A stretch of 64,000 nucleotides of DNA, from the NCBI RefSeq assembly GCF_009914755.1, contig NC_060927.1. One strand, 5' to 3'. This stretch comes from the human T2T-CHM13v2.0 reference genome, Homo sapiens. The translations under genes were made by a program, and so were the position numbers. Below, in pieces: positions 1 to 21,380 of this stretch; the first letter of the stretch is position 1; each line of letters starts with the position of its first letter. The notes beneath the pieces were generated by a model. It was given only the letters and a program-made list of their open reading frames with translations, was not told the DNA's origin and ran no database searches.

Positions 1-474
1 CTTCTTAATATACTTATCTCCATCTCACACACAGGGGTGGTCCCAGAGCCTGTACCCAGTTACTCTTAAACTTGCTTCAATACCAAATCCCCAGGATACA
101 ATCTAAAAATGCTGATAACCAGGCCCACCCCTAGAGAATCTGATTTAAATTAGTCTGGAGTGGAGACCAAGCATGGGATGGTTTAACTGCTGCCCAGCTG
201 GTTTTAATGTGCTGTGGGCTGAGCCCAGGGTTTGGCAAAGGTCAAACAAAAGCAGAAGCTGGTGTTATGTTGAAATTCCTTACCAGGCAGCTCTGCCCAG
301 TAAGAGGAACTATAAAGAATTAACTCTGAAAACCTGTATTGTGCACACCCGCACATTCCAAAAAACATGTTTGGCCTTTGACCCGCTCCTAAGAGAGAAT
401 CTCTGAGCCCTTGGACCATCCTTCCTGATGAGAGTGTTTTTCTTCACCTGGGGACCTTGGGCCATTCCAGTCCA

Positions 475-805
475 TGTTAATTAACAATGTGATTCATTGC
501 CAGGTGCAGGGTAGGCTGGAGGGGGCTGGAGATCGAGTGACTAAGGTCAACTGTACCTACGTAACCATCTCCTAATAAAAACCCTGGACACCAAGACTCA
601 GGGGAGCTTCCCTGGCTGGCAGTACTCCATGTAAGTTGCCACGAATTGTTTCTGGGAGAAGTAAGTACTGTCAACATGACTCCACTGGGAGAAGACAACT
701 GGAAGCTTGCACCTGGTGTCTCCTGGACTCTGCCCTATGTGTCTCTTTGCTGATTTTGACCCGTATTCTTTCATTGTAATAAACAATACATGTGAGTATA
801 ATAGC
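475..805 (+). mobile_element. MER21C-like LTR fragment
   Basis: Contains the AATAAAAACCCTGGACACCAAG...GAGCTTCCCTGG motif. A related fragment lies at ~31335-31700. Confidence 0.65.
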
Positions 806-826
806 TGGCCCAAAGGCTATATCCTT

Positions 827-1398
827 TGTTAAAAGATAAACGTTAGGCCAGGCATGATGGCTCACACCTGTAATCCCAGCACTTTGGAAGGCCAAGGTGG
901 AAGCACAGCTTGAGCCCAGGAGGTTGAGACTACAATGAGCTGTGATCGCGCCACTGCACTCTAACCTGGGTGACAGTCAGACCCTGTCTCCAAAATAAAA
1001 AAAGAAAAACTTTAAACAAATCAAATTTAACAGAATTCAACTGAGCAAAGAATGATTCACAAATCTAGCAGCCCCCAGAACCAGAACAGATTCAGAGTGA
1101 CTCCAGGGCTGCCACCTAGTCGAAAAAGATTTATGAACAGAAAAAGGAAAGTGATGAACAGAAAGCACAAGTGAGGTACAGAAACAGCTAGACTGATTAC
1201 AGCTGGCTGTTTGCCTTTTTTGAATACAATTTGAATAGCTGGCTGCCTGTGATTGGCTGAAACTCTGTGACTGGTACAAGAGTAGATTGCAGTCTGTTTA
1301 AATTCCTAGTCAGGTTACAGTTTACTACGTACAGAGAAACCTTTAGGCTGAACTTAGAATATATAAGAAGGCAGCTTTAGGCTACAGTTAGTTTAACA
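827..1398 (-). mobile_element. ERV1 (MER4-group) LTR with an Alu monomer at ~846-1010
   Basis: TGTTAAAAG...TTTAACA termini with LTR-like internal sequence. Subfamily uncertain. Confidence 0.6.
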
Positions 1399-1500
1399 CA
1401 TCCCACAGACATTTTTGTTTGGCTCTTACAGAACACTATGTTAGGATTTGAATTTGTTGCCAACATTCAAAGAATTGTAGTTTCAATATCAGATTTCCAG

Positions 1501-2430
<930 letters not shown>

Positions 2431-3374
2431 ACCAGCTTCTTTTATAAAAGTTTACAGATCTGGCAATGCTGGGCCCATCGTCCCACACGGACAGCAGCTG
2501 CTATGCAGAGAGTTCCTTTGGTGCATAATAGGTTCTTTCCATTAAACCACTGTCCCTGCCACCTCCAGATGCTGCAGCTGGCACATCAGCTGCCCATTAT
2601 CACTGCACATAAATGTTGTTCTTTCTCTTAAACCTGCTGGATTCACTTTTATTTCCCATCAGCCACAGCAGATGTTTTGGGTTTGTGGCTCCTGCTGTGG
2701 ATTAAGCCCAGTGGCATCTCAGAGGCTGGCTTCAGCCACTCCTCTACCTGGGAGGCCTTCCTCCCAGGCCTCCCCATCCCAGCCCTTTACCTTCCCACTA
2801 ACTCCCAGTTAGCCTCTAGGATTCCCCTCAGGGCACTCTGTGGACTCCCAGAATCCCTAGGGCACCCCTTGATCACTAAACTTAACCTCAGTGTATTATA
2901 ATTATCTATTATTTTATTTACATTACTTCCCTTTACAAAGAGACCTCTTAAGGGCAGGGGTCCTAATACCTTATTCATTTGCTAAATCTCAACATCTTGC
3001 CCAGAACAGGCCTTCAACTGTCATTTGTAGAATTGTCACTGAATGAATGAACACAGTAACTTGTAAAGCTTTTCTCCTTTTCTACTCCCAATTTGCACTT
3101 GAAGTCACTGAGGAACTGGTACTCATTGAATGTACACTGTGCCCCAGGCAAATTACTTAACCTCTTTGCTTTCGTTTCCCATTTGTAAAATGGGACTCTG
3201 ATACTTACGAACTTCACAGGGAGTTTGTGAGATTAAGTGGAAGAATGCATGGAAATAATTATCATTATCACTGTATGAAAAGTGGTGCTCTTGGCCCAAC
3301 GGAGCCTCTGGGATAGACAGTAATGCCTGCACTGAGAGGACACCTGTGGTCCAGACCGGCCCCCAGAGTATTAG

Positions 3375-3644
<270 letters not shown>

Positions 3645-5733
3645 TGAGCCTAACGTTCAGCTGGTTTGAGAATGAGAGTTGTTAAGCACTCTGAGAGGCT
3701 GTCTGGGGAGAGAGAAGCTGCAGGAGAGACAGGCATCTCAGTCAATTTGAAGCTGAATGCAGAAGAAATTCACCTGGGTGGGGAAGGGACGGTGCCTGAG
3801 TGGGGGGCAACGGGCTCTCCTGCCAGAACAGCATGTGCAGAGAATGTGATGAGTGTGGGGAACTATGAAAGGTTCAGAATGGCCAGAGGGCAGGGCACAT
3901 TTGGGGAGGCACCAGAAGAAGGGTCTGATCTGCCCAGCTAAGGAGCCTGGACTTTATCCTGAGGCGCTGGAGATGTTCAGAGGGTGCACACAGGATCAGC
4001 TTTGCCTTCTGCAGAGCTGGAGGCAAAGGGCCTAGCTAGGAGGGGGTCTCTGGGAAGCCATGTGGGCCTAAATCAAAACTGTAGCAGTGGAGATGGAGGA
4101 GGGGGAAGAGGAATTGCTGCCAAATGGAAGGGACTGAAGGCAACTATGCAGAGAAGGAGAGGGGAGAAACCTAGGCGGTTTGGGTTTGAGTGACTGGGGA
4201 GACAGCAGGCCCTGACAGAGGAGCAGTTTTCCACGCTGCAGACAAGGTGGTGGACTTTGAGATGCTGGGTGGGCAGCTGGCTGGCTGAGATGCTGGGTGG
4301 GTCTGGGGTTCAGAAGGGAAGTCTGAGCTGGAGCCTCAGGTAGTTGAGACCTAGAGTATGAACAAAGCAGCATGAGGAGAAGGTGTAGAGTGAGGAGGTG
4401 GGAGAGAGGGAAGGAGAGGGAAGAGGAAGAAGAGACAGCTGGAAGCAAGTAACAGCCTGACGGGTTCATCTTGCCTGCTGTTCAGAAAACCAATGCACTA
4501 AAAACAGCGAGTTTTGCAGCAAAGAAAGAGTTTGATGGGCCAGTCAAGTGAAAGGAGGGGAGGTAATTCTCAGATCTTCCTCTCACTGCAGTGAGCCATG
4601 ATTGCACCACTGCACTCCAGACTGGGGAAAAGAGCGAGATCCTGTCTCAAAGAAAAAAAAAAAAAAAACAACCAACCAACCAAACAAACAAACTTCCTCT
4701 CCAAGAATATTAGCAAATTGAATCCAATGATGTATTTGAAAAATTATACCACATGACCAAATAGGAGTTACTTTAGGTATGCAAGGCTGGTTTAACATTA
4801 GAAAATCAATTAACATAAACCTATCACATCAACAGGCTAAAGGAGAAAAGTCACACAATCATATTAGTAGACACAGAAAAAGCATTTGACAAAATCCAAT
4901 GCTCATTCATGATAAAAGCTCTAAGTAAACTAGGAATAGAGGGGAACTTCTTCAATTTGATTAAGAACATCTACAAAAAACATACAGCTACCACCATACT
5001 TAGCAGTGAGAAACTACACGCTTTACCCCTAAGACTGGGAACATGACAAGATGTCCCTTCTCTCTACTCTCTTTCAACATCATACTAGAAGTTCTACCTA
5101 ATGGAATAAGCCAAGAAAAGGAAATAAAAGATATATATTTTGGAAAGGAAGAAATAAAATTGCCTTGGTTGCAGATGACTGATTGTCTATGCAGAAAATC
5201 TCAAAGAATCTATTAAAAAAAAAAAGAACAAAAAAACTCCTGGAACTTATAAGTGATTGCAGCAAGGTTGCAAGAAGTAAGGTTAATACACAGAAGTCAA
5301 ATGTTTTCCCACATACTAGCAATAAGCAATGGAAAGCTCAAGTTAAAAATGCAATGCCATTTATATTAACACAAACATTGAAATACTTAGGTATAAATCT
5401 TACAAAATATGTGTAAGATCTATATTAGGAGAAATATAAAACTCTGGGAAAAGACTATAAACTATAAAACTCTGATAAAATCAAGAACTAAACAAATAGT
5501 TATCTCATGCACATGAATAGGAAGAATGAATATTGTTAAGATGTCAGTTCTTCCCAACTTGATCTATAGATTCAATGCAATTGCAATAAAGAAATCCCAG
5601 CAAATTACTGTATGGATATCGACAAATTGATTCCAAAGTTTATGTGGAGAGGCAAAAGATCCAGAATATCCAACACAATATTAAAAAAGAACAAAGGTGG
5701 AAAACTGACACTACCTGACCTTAAGACTTACTA

Positions 5734-7229
<1,496 letters not shown>

Positions 7230-7574
7230 TCAACAAAAAAGAAATATGGATGGCAAATAGACATATGAAAAGATGTTCAGCATCATATGTAATCAGGAAA
7301 TTGCAAATTAAAACAAAAATGAGATACCATTACATACCTATTAGAATGGCTAGAATCCAAAACATTGACAACATCAAATGATGGCAAGAATGTGAAGCAA
7401 CAAGAATTTCTATTTATTGCTGGTGGGGATGCAAAATGGAAAAGCCACTTTGCAAGACAATTGGGTAGTCTTTTTCAAAGCTAAACAGTCTTGCCATATG
7501 ATCCAGTGATCATATTTACCTAAATGAGTTTAACAATATATCCACACAAAAACCTGCACATGAAATGTTCATAG

Positions 7575-9066
7575 TGAGAGGTGACAGCGTGCTGGCAGCC
7601 CTCGCAGCCCTCGCTCACTCTGGGCACCTCCTCGGCCTTGGCGCCCACTCTGGCGGTGCTTGAGGAGCCCTTCAGCCTGCTGCTGCACTGTGGGAGACCC
7701 TCTCTGGGCTGGCCAAGGCCGGAGCTGGCTCCCTCAGCTTGCAGGCAGGTGTGGAGTGAGAGGTGCCGGTGAGAACTGGGGCTGCGCGCAGCGCTTGCCG
7801 GCCAGTGAGGGTTCTGGGTGGGTGTGGGCTCCGCAGGCCCACACTCCAAGCAGCCGGCTGGCCGCAAGCCCCTGGCAGTGAGGAGCTTAGCACCTGGGCC
7901 AGCAGCTGCTGTGCTCAATTTCTCACGGGGCCTTAGCTGCCTCCCCGCAGGGCAGGGCTGGGGACCGGCAGCCCGCCATGCCTGAGCCTCCCCCTGCCAC
8001 CGTGGGCTCCTGCGCGCCCCAGCCTCCCCAACGAGCGCCACCCCCTGCTCCGCAGCACCTGGTCCCATCAACCGCCCAAGGGCTGAGGAGTGCGGGCACA
8101 CAGCGGGACTGGCCGGCACCTCCGCCTGGGGCCCTGGTGCAGGATCCACTGGGTGAACCTAGCTGGGCTCCTGAGTCTAGTGGGGACTTGGAGAACCTTT
8201 GTGTCTAGCTAAGGGATTGTGAGTGCACCAATCAGCACTCTGTATCTAGCTCAAGGTTTGTAAACACACCAATCAGCACCCTATGTCTAGCTCAGGGTTT
8301 GTGAATGCACCAATCGGCACTCTGTATCTAGCTAATCTGGTGGGGACTTTGAGAATCTTTATGTCTAGCTAAGGGATTGTGAATACACCAATCGGCACTC
8401 TGTATCTAGCTCAAGGTTTGTAAATGCACCAATTGACATTCTGTATCTAGTTGATCTAATGGGGAAGTGGAAAACTTTTGTGTCTAGCTCAGCAATTGTA
8501 AATGCACCAATCAGCACCCTGTCAAAACGGACCAATCAGCTCTCTGTAAAACAGACCAATGGGCTCTCTGTAAAATGGACCAATCAGCAGGATGTGGGTG
8601 GGGCCAGATAAGAGAATAAAAGCAGGCTGCCCCAGGCAGCAGTGGCAACCTGCTGAGGTCCCCTTCCACACTGTTGAAGCTTTGTTCTTTTGCTCTTTGC
8701 ACTAAATCTTGCTACTGCTCACTCTTTGGGTCCACACTGCTTTTATGAGCTGTAACACTCACCGTGAAGGTCTGCAGCTTCACTCCTGAAGCCAGCAAGA
8801 CCACGAACCCACCAGGAGGAATGAACAACTCCAGACGCACCACCCTAAGAGCTGTAACACTCACCGCGAAGGTCTGCAGCTTCACTCCTGAGCCAGCGAG
8901 ACCATGAACCCACCAAAAGGAAGAAACTCTGAACACATCTTGACATCAGAAGGAAGAAACAAACTCCAGACACGCCACCTTTAAGAACTGTAATAACACT
9001 CACCGCGAGGGTCTGCGGCTTTGTTCTTGAAGTCAGTGAGACCAAGAACCCACAATTCCGGACTCA
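7575..9066 (+). mobile_element. LTR12 (ERV9) solo LTR, LTR12C-like
   Basis: Starts TGAGAGGTGACAGCGTGCTGGCAG. GC-rich U3, tandem CACCAATCAGCACTCTGT CCAAT repeats at ~8220-8590, ends CCGGACTCA. ATAG/ATAA TSD, inserted into an L1. Confidence 0.93.
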
Positions 9067-9516
9067 ATAACTTTATTCATAATTACCAAAAATGAGAAAA
9101 AAACAAGATGTACTTCAATAGGTGAGTAGATAACCTGGTACACTCATACCGGTGAATATTATTCAGTGATGAAAAGAAATGAGCTATCACCCCACGAAAA
9201 GACATGAAAGAAACCTAAATGTGTATTGTTAAGTGAAGAAGCCGGTCTGAAAAGGCTACATGCTGAATAATTGCAAACTGTATAATATTCTGAAAAAGGC
9301 AAAATTACAGAGAAGTAAAAGATACCAGTGATTGTAAATCCCTTCTAAATGAAAAATATCAGTGGTTTCCAGGGGTTGGTGGGAAGGAACAATGAACAGT
9401 AAAGCCTAGGGGGTTTTTGGGGAGGTGAAACTGTTCTGTATACTTTAATGGTGGATACACAGCATTACACATTTAGCAAAACTTGTAGACCTGTGCAACC
9501 TTAAGCAATGAACACT

Positions 9517-10392
<876 letters not shown>

Positions 10393-10819
10393 TCAGGTAG
10401 GACTTAGAGCCAGGGAGTAGGAAGAGTGGCATGCACTCTGGAGTCCTATGAGGAAGCAAGATCCCACAGGATATGGGACCATAGGTGACAGGGACCAGTG
10501 AGGAAGGATTGAGACCCCTTGCCCCATCGGCCTGCCACTTTTTTCATTGTTTTTCTCTTCCCCTCTCCTTCTCTTTCTTCTTTTCTTTTACTGTGTTCTT
10601 TTCGAGTATTCTCAACAACAGTCTAGGGGCCTGGAGGTGTGGGGAGGCCGCCCACGGATGCCTAGTTTGGCGCTCTGTGCACTGCTAGCATCTTCGTAGG
10701 GATGGGTTTGGGATGGGAGCGGGGTGATGCTCTGGTTCTCAGGGCTGGACTCCGGGCTTGGAGGGGAACTCCCTCTTGCGAGTCCCCAGTCCTGTGGGGG
10801 CTGGGCCTGGAAGGGGAAC

Positions 10820-11450
10820 TGGGAGATGCGGAAGTGCACGCCGTCGGGTCGCATCTTTCAGTGCGGTGCGAGAGGGCCCAGTGGCAGAGGCCCAGCAAAC
10901 AGCGCTTGTCAGGCGGACCTGAGTTCGAGTTCTGACTGTGCCATCTACGCTATGACTTTGGGGCAGGCGACCCACCCTCTGCGCCTCATTAACCCATGTA
11001 CTGCATGGAAAATAAGCGTCTGCCTGGGTTAGAAGAGGGCTGTGTGTGAAGATTCAAAGGACGAAGGGGAAGAGTCCTCGCTGGGCGCCCAGCACGCGGT
11101 GAGCGCCCGGCCAGTGGCAGCGCGCTCGGGCTGGGGTTGCGCTCGGGCTCGGTTCCCCGCCCCCGGCAGCTGCGGGCTTTCCCAGCTCCGGCCCGGGCCC
11201 TTCCGCTCTCCCCGGCACTTACAGCGGTCTCTCTCCACTTCTCCCTTCTAGGACCGCGGCGGCTAGGTCACCTCCTCCGGACGCCGACACGCGCTGCCCT
11301 GGCAACCGTCACCAGGGAAACAAGCGACGTCACTTGCGCGTTTTCAACGCTACTCTACGGGGGCCGAGGGGGCGCCAAGAGTTCTGAAAGTGACAGAGGC
11401 GCTGATGGCGCGCTGGGCTGGATCCAAGCGAGCACGATCTCGAGTGCGCT
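10820..11450. promoter_or_regulatory. CpG-island promoter of CCDC13 with tandem RFX X-boxes and a CRE-like site
   Basis: GCTGCCCTGGCAAC at 11293-11306, GTCACCAGGGAAAC at 11308-11321, CGACGTCA at 11325-11332. Confidence 0.8.
11223..11300 (-). other. CCDC13: CCDC13 non-coding first exon; TSS approximate, rest of gene lies left of the window
   Basis: GAGACCGCT|GTAAGT donor at 11223/11222 in a CpG island with X-boxes. Identity from known gene order next to HIGD1A. Confidence 0.72.
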
Positions 11451-11956
11451 GGAGATTTTAAATCTTCTGGAGTATATTTTTAAAAAAGTTTTGTGGACCA
11501 AACGTTCTGCACAGAGATGCCCATTCCGCTCTCCTGTTGGGGAGTTAAAAAGCGAACGATCTCACCATGAAATTTAAAGTAGCCATTCAGATATATTTGA
11601 AAAATGTAAAACAGTGTGGGGAAAGGCCATGTTATGATGGTGAGTGAAGGAAGCAGGACGCAATATAGCAATGCTAAATAAATAAAGTTGTGTTTATTTC
11701 AAACTAGGCACTAAAACAAGACCGAAATAGAAATATTAAAAGTGGTTATATTTGGGTGGTGGAATAGCAGTGCTGTGTTTTTATTTTTACACTTTAGAGG
11801 ATTTTTAAAATAATGAACATCGTTTATTTTCATAAAGGAAAATACTTGTTTTTTTTTTTAAATGGCACCTTCCAATGTAAGACACTACTATATTTCAGGG
11901 CAATATGGGGGTGGGAGGCAAATTTCTAGGAAAGATGATTCAAGGGAGATTTCTTT

Positions 11957-12275
<319 letters not shown>

Positions 12276-13149
12276 ATATTTATCCAGGCCTTCATAATTT
12301 GAAAACCTTGGCAGTTGTTTTTCTATTTTTTTTCCTCATAAGGTGAATGAATACCCATCCCATAGACATGCATACATAAGATACGGCACTAGACTGCCAT
12401 CAGCACTGCAGGTATAAACCCGAAGTTTCCTGATAAAGGAAAAATGGATCTTTCCCGTTGGTCTCCAATTGCTGCCTGGTGAGCTGAGGGTGGGAGACGT
12501 ATAATATACAGGTGGCAGCAAAGAGAGACAGGATAAAGAGTAGGATTCAGGTAGATGTGAGCCTCAAAGGATTAGGGTTTTTTTTAAATGGTGTGTGTAG
12601 TGGGGAGTATCATTCGTTTGCCTCATGACCACGATGGGACTATGTGGCATAGGAAAAGGAATAGCCAGGTCTACTTAGAGGGCTTCTGGAAAGCATGGAT
12701 CCTAGCAGAAAGCCAGGTTTTCATTAAAATAAGAACATGCTGTGAGAAAATTAAGGATGCAAGAGAATTTCAGAACCGACATTCTAGAATGTATGTATTA
12801 GAAAGTTTGGGAAAGGGGTAACATTTGCTCCAGCAATCCAAGGATTATTTTTGACGAGGATATCATTTTTGCAGTAACCCATTTTTTAAAAAGCAGGGAT
12901 GATTTTCCTCTAGGTTTGTTACTTTTCCACGGTCACCACTAAGGCTCTCATGCCATTTTTTTTTTCTGCCCAAAATTCTTTTGAGAATTTTCTTTAGTTT
13001 ATAAGCTTGACATTTTATCATCCAAGAAGCTGGCGAATCCAATCTGGGTCACCAGTATTTCCTCATGTACAGTATACAGATGTTTGTTAATTCCAGCCCA
13101 CTTTGTTTCTCTAGCCAGAAGTATCTGTAGGACACTGCCCTTTGTTTTT

Positions 13150-16220
<3,071 letters not shown>

Positions 16221-17081
16221 AAAAATCAGCTGTGCATACTTGTGTGGGTGTAATGGCTTTTTTTCCTAATCCCTAAATTAGGTTCTCCCCACAGTTCCAT
16301 GTAGTTCCAACTTTAAAGTGGGACTTTTACCCATGCTTATTTATCTTAATGATAATAGTCACCAAATATATTTCCCATCACTGAAATTCTCTCTCCCACC
16401 AATAAGTAAACATAACATAAACAGTGGCCCTACTCTTACTATGAGAAACAAAAATGAATTGAACAAAGTCAGAAGTGGGAATACCTGAGTTTTGACCTCA
16501 TTAGTCAAGTCACAAACCTCAACTTTCTTCTTAAAACGGTAATAGTACCTTTATTATCATGATAATCAAATAGGTCATGAAAGTGCTTTGTAAAATGTGA
16601 AATTCTCTTCAGTTATCTTTATTATTTTAGTAGTCACATATATTAATTACTACAGATTTAGCTGTTTTGCCTGGTAATGGAAGTAAGTTCTGCTACAGCT
16701 TAAAACCAAGGCCTCATTTGGCTCTCTCCATTTCACAGCTCTCATTCTAGACCTCAGCTTTGCAGGCCCCAAATCCAATTTAGTTATTATACCATGAGTA
16801 TCTCTTGGGGCTAGACTTACACCAGTCACGTGTAACTGACATACAAACCAGGAACACTAAGTCTCTCGTTTATATCTGTGGGTTGTGACCCATGTCCAGA
16901 GACTCTCCCTTCCCAGCATCAGGCACCCACAAAGCCAAAAGAGTCATCAGAAAGATATTGTGAGCATGGATTCAGAACAAACAGAAACAAACTGCCTAGA
17001 GGATATTTTTGGCCCAGGGTTAAGCCTTATTAAATTATTCCACTTCACAATCAGGAGCCCTACATAGATAAAAATTGTTCA

Positions 17082-17399
<318 letters not shown>

Positions 17400-19436
17400 C
17401 TACAGTCAATCTTATTTTATCCACGGAACTATTTTGTCTAAGATGTGTTTGTATAGATGTGGTCCCACTCATCATATGTTGACTTTATTAGAAAACTCAA
17501 TGTTCTGCCAAGATTCGTCAATCCTTAGCTCCAAGGGACCTCTCTGATAGATGAGATCTACCCTGGCTCTCCACCAAGCCTTCAGCACAAGGTTGCTAAT
17601 ATATTTATTTTATCCTCAAATTTCTCAATTCCATTCTTGGCTCACATCATAGTCTTTCAAAACATTTGGGTGAGTCACCTGATCCTAGTAATTATTCATT
17701 TCTCTCATTAACTAGGTCCGCAATGCCTTGTGCACTTAATAGTATTTAATTTACCACTTCCACAGTAAAGACCATTTGTATGTGGGAATCTCTTCAGCTT
17801 CCTTTCTATAAAGGCTGAAACAATTAGCTAGGTGTGGTGGTGTGCACCTATAGTTCCAGCTACTCAGGAGGCTGAGGCAGAATTGCTTGAGCTCAGGAGA
17901 CAGAGCTGCAGTGAGTTATGATCATGCCACTGCACTCCAGCCTGGGCGACAGAGCAAGACCCAGTCTCAATTAAAAAACACATATATATAAGCCAGGCAC
18001 AGTGGCTCATGCCTGTAACCCCAGCACTTTGGGAGGCTGAGGCAGGCAGATCACTTGGGCTCAGGAGGTTGAGACCAGCCTGACCAACATGGTGAAATCC
18101 CATCTCTACAAAAAATACAAATATCAGCTGGGTGTGGCGGCCCATGCCCGTAGTCCAACTACCTGGGGAGCTGTGGTGGGAAGATCACTTGAGCCCAGGA
18201 GGTTTGAGCTCAGGGGATGACAGCGGGAGATGGGGTTATCATTGACAGAAATGAGTGAGCTAGGAAGAGGCACTGTGGGGAAGACAACAGATAGGGTTGT
18301 AGACAAGGTGAGATTAGGTAAGGACCATAACTCAAAGATGTGATGGCAAAATTTTAGTCAGTCCTAACACTTCAGAGTTGCATTCAGGATAGGAAAAGAC
18401 CTAACACCAACGTTGTAAGAAGCTCAGAATACTACTGCAAGGACCTGTTCTTAGGTTTCTCTGAGGGGATCAACTGGACACCGGCCTCCACCGTAGACTC
18501 ACTTATTACTGCTGAATTCAGGGGGAAATTTTTCTAACTTTTGTCTTGCTACAAACAAATTCTTTCTTTTGCTTCGTTCAGTGACTAAGGGGGAAGTAGG
18601 CAAGGAAACTAGATTGTATGAGCAGTGTTAGTTCTTCCATGAACTCATATCAGGTAAATCATTCACTGATAAAAGTAGCAAACCAGTCAGGGTGCATGTC
18701 CCAGCTGCCTCTCTCAAATTTCCCTATTCTATTCAAACAGCTTTCAAATGGGACCAAGTGTATAAATAATATTTGGCAGTTCCACTCTGACATGAGAACT
18801 TTAAAATACTTTATGTTCATTCAGTGTTGTTCTGGTCTGGTAGTTATGATGTGATAAAACTATAGATGTACATGGGGATACAACCTAAATTTCAAGTCCC
18901 TGAAACTGAGCAGCAGTTCCTCATCTCTGAGGCAAGAGACATGGCCTACATGACCAATACTCCTTCCACTCCAAAAATCTGTCTGTGATTCAGAAGTCGA
19001 GTGTTATTTAGGGGGCTTTTAAGTGTGGAGTCAAATTCCAACTCTTACCACCAGATGTCACTGTTGTTCAGTAACTAGAAATACATACCTTCTAGGGACA
19101 GTAGGATCCTGAATGTAGAAGCCCCAAACCTTTTAATTCTAATTAATTCAACAAACGCTGAACACTTATGTGTGCCACGTGCTTTGGATGAGAAAGGCCA
19201 TCATGCCCTCAGACAACTGGAGGAGAGGCATGGAAGCAATCACACACACCAACACTCCAATAACATCCAACATTAAGCCATGGACTCTAACTCTCAATGA
19301 AAAATCAACATACTATCTCCGTAAAGTAGAACATTGTTTCCTCAGGGAGAATTTCTCCAACCCCAACCCTGGGTTAGGTTCCCCCAGCCGGATGTTCCTG
19401 TTGCATCCTCTACCTAATAAATATCATCCTTTATTG

Positions 19437-20297
19437 TGTTGGGACTCAGAAACAAATACCCCAAAATACGATGCTTTGACATGCTGGACTGAAGATGCAG
19501 CCTCAAGGTCTCTCTGACCTCCTACCCCCTCCCCGCCATGAAGCTGTTCTGTGAAGTTTCCTTATCTGCTTAAAGTCTAGACCTGCCAAAGGCGGGGGGA
19601 AAATTACTCCTGGTCCTTTCCGTTTTTTGTTTTTTTTTTTTTTTTGAGATGGAGTCTCGCTCTGTTGCTCAAACTGGAGTGCAGTGGCGTGATCTCCTAG
19701 GTTCAAGCAATTCTCCCACCTCAGCCTCATGAGTAGCTGGGACTACAGGTGCATGCCACCATGCCCGGCTAATTTTTGTATTTTTTTTAGTAGAGAGGGG
19801 GTTTCACCATGTTGGCCAGGCTGGTCTCAAACTCCTGACCTCAAGTGATCCGCCTGCCTCGGCCTCCCGAAGTGCTGGGATTACAGGTGTGAGCCACTGC
19901 ACCGGCACGGAGTTTTCATTAGTTTAATTCATATTGCAGGAAGAGAGACAAATCTGTCAACATATCTGGACAGACTTGTCACAAACTATTATCTGCCCTG
20001 TAGGCCAAACAGACTTTGTCTTAGGCCATCGTATGTTCTTTAAGTCCACTGAATCCCCCTAAAAATAACTCATTATCCCTCAAATTGCCACATTTCCTCC
20101 ATCTCCCCTTCCCCTATGAAGAAGGATATATAAACATCTGTACCCTATTGGGTTACTGAGTAGTCATTATGCCATTCCCCTGTGATATACACATTAAAAT
20201 AATTGCATGTTTTTTCTCCTAATAATCTGCCTTTTGTCAGTTGATTTTTCAGTAAACCTTCAGAGGGTGAAGGTAAAGTTTTCCCTTGGCCCCTACA
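19437..20297 (+). mobile_element. MER39/MER34-group LTR with internal Alu (~19620-19908)
   Basis: TGTTGGGACTCAGAAAC...CCCCTACA termini, ATTG TSD. Confidence 0.75.
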
Positions 20298-21380
20298 ATT
20301 GTAATCACTTATTTAATGCCAGCCTTCCCTGCTAGACTATAAATTCTGAAAGCAAGGCTCATGTGTCTCCTGTGCTACTGCATTCCCACAGTTAACACAG
20401 TAATAATGGAAACAGCAACCATTTATTGAGCTTACTAATGCACTGGGTGCTATGCTAAGTAAGCCCTTTATAGTCAGTATTGTATTTAATCCCAACAACC
20501 CTACGCCACTGATACTGTCCCATTTTATAGATAAGAAACCATGGCTGCTTGGTTAGGAGTGGCAGAACCATGAACCCAGCTCTCATTCAATAAAAAATAG
20601 TATCACATCCACTTGAACCACCTAATGTACCATTTACCATTCTTTTCAGGCACACAATCCCACAAATTTCTCATGAACACTCATTAACATCTTAACCCTT
20701 CACTTGTTCTTCTCCCCCTATCCTCTGCCATTTGTCTAGATCAATGACTCTCAAATTAGTTATTTAAACAAAACCAAGAGTATTCATCTATTAAATAGAA
20801 TGAAAATTTTCTGAAAATGTAGTGAAAACTGACCCAGAAAGGTCAATACCAAGACCTGTTAGAGTTATTGGACTTGATAAAGGAATAATTTGAGCAGCCA
20901 AGCAAAAAATCAAATCACTTATGTAAGAAAAATGTCACATGACTTTAGGCTTCTCTATAGCAATACTTTAATATTCCAAAGAAAAATATGAACTGAGAAT
21001 TGTATTATCTAGCCAAATTGTTTTTACTGTGTAAAGGCTACAGATAAACATATTTGACATGGCAAAAATTTAGGGAAATTGTTCCATGAGTCTTTTTTAA
21101 GGAAACTATTAAATCATTAATTTCAGCTGACCAAGAGATTAATGGGAATGTTTTGAGTTTCAAATACATTTAAACTGTGGAACTAAGAAATGTGAGGATG
21201 ACAACAGAATGTAAATATTATATGTCCTCACAAGGTAGGAATGATACAACAAAAATTGAGAGAAAAGGAAAAGAAAGTGGAAGTTCACTGATACAATAAT
21301 AGTTGGGCACCAGAGTGTATCAGCTAAAGCTAAGCTGACAAGTCAAAGAGAAGTATAATCACATTTAACATACAAAAGTA

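Noticed and set aside
7520-8149. 209-aa ORF, the longest in the track
   Set aside because: It lies antisense in the GC-rich U3 of LTR12, where long ORFs arise by chance from stop-poor composition.
8210-8590. Regularly spaced CACCAATCAGCACTCTGT repeats resembling a CRISPR-like array
   Set aside because: These are the standard ERV9/LTR12 U3 tandem enhancer repeats. The spacers are homologous to each other and the DNA is eukaryotic.
10612-11577. Cluster of overlapping ORFs (also 39433-40585)
   Set aside because: CpG-island composition effect; no recognisable protein or splice-supported frame.
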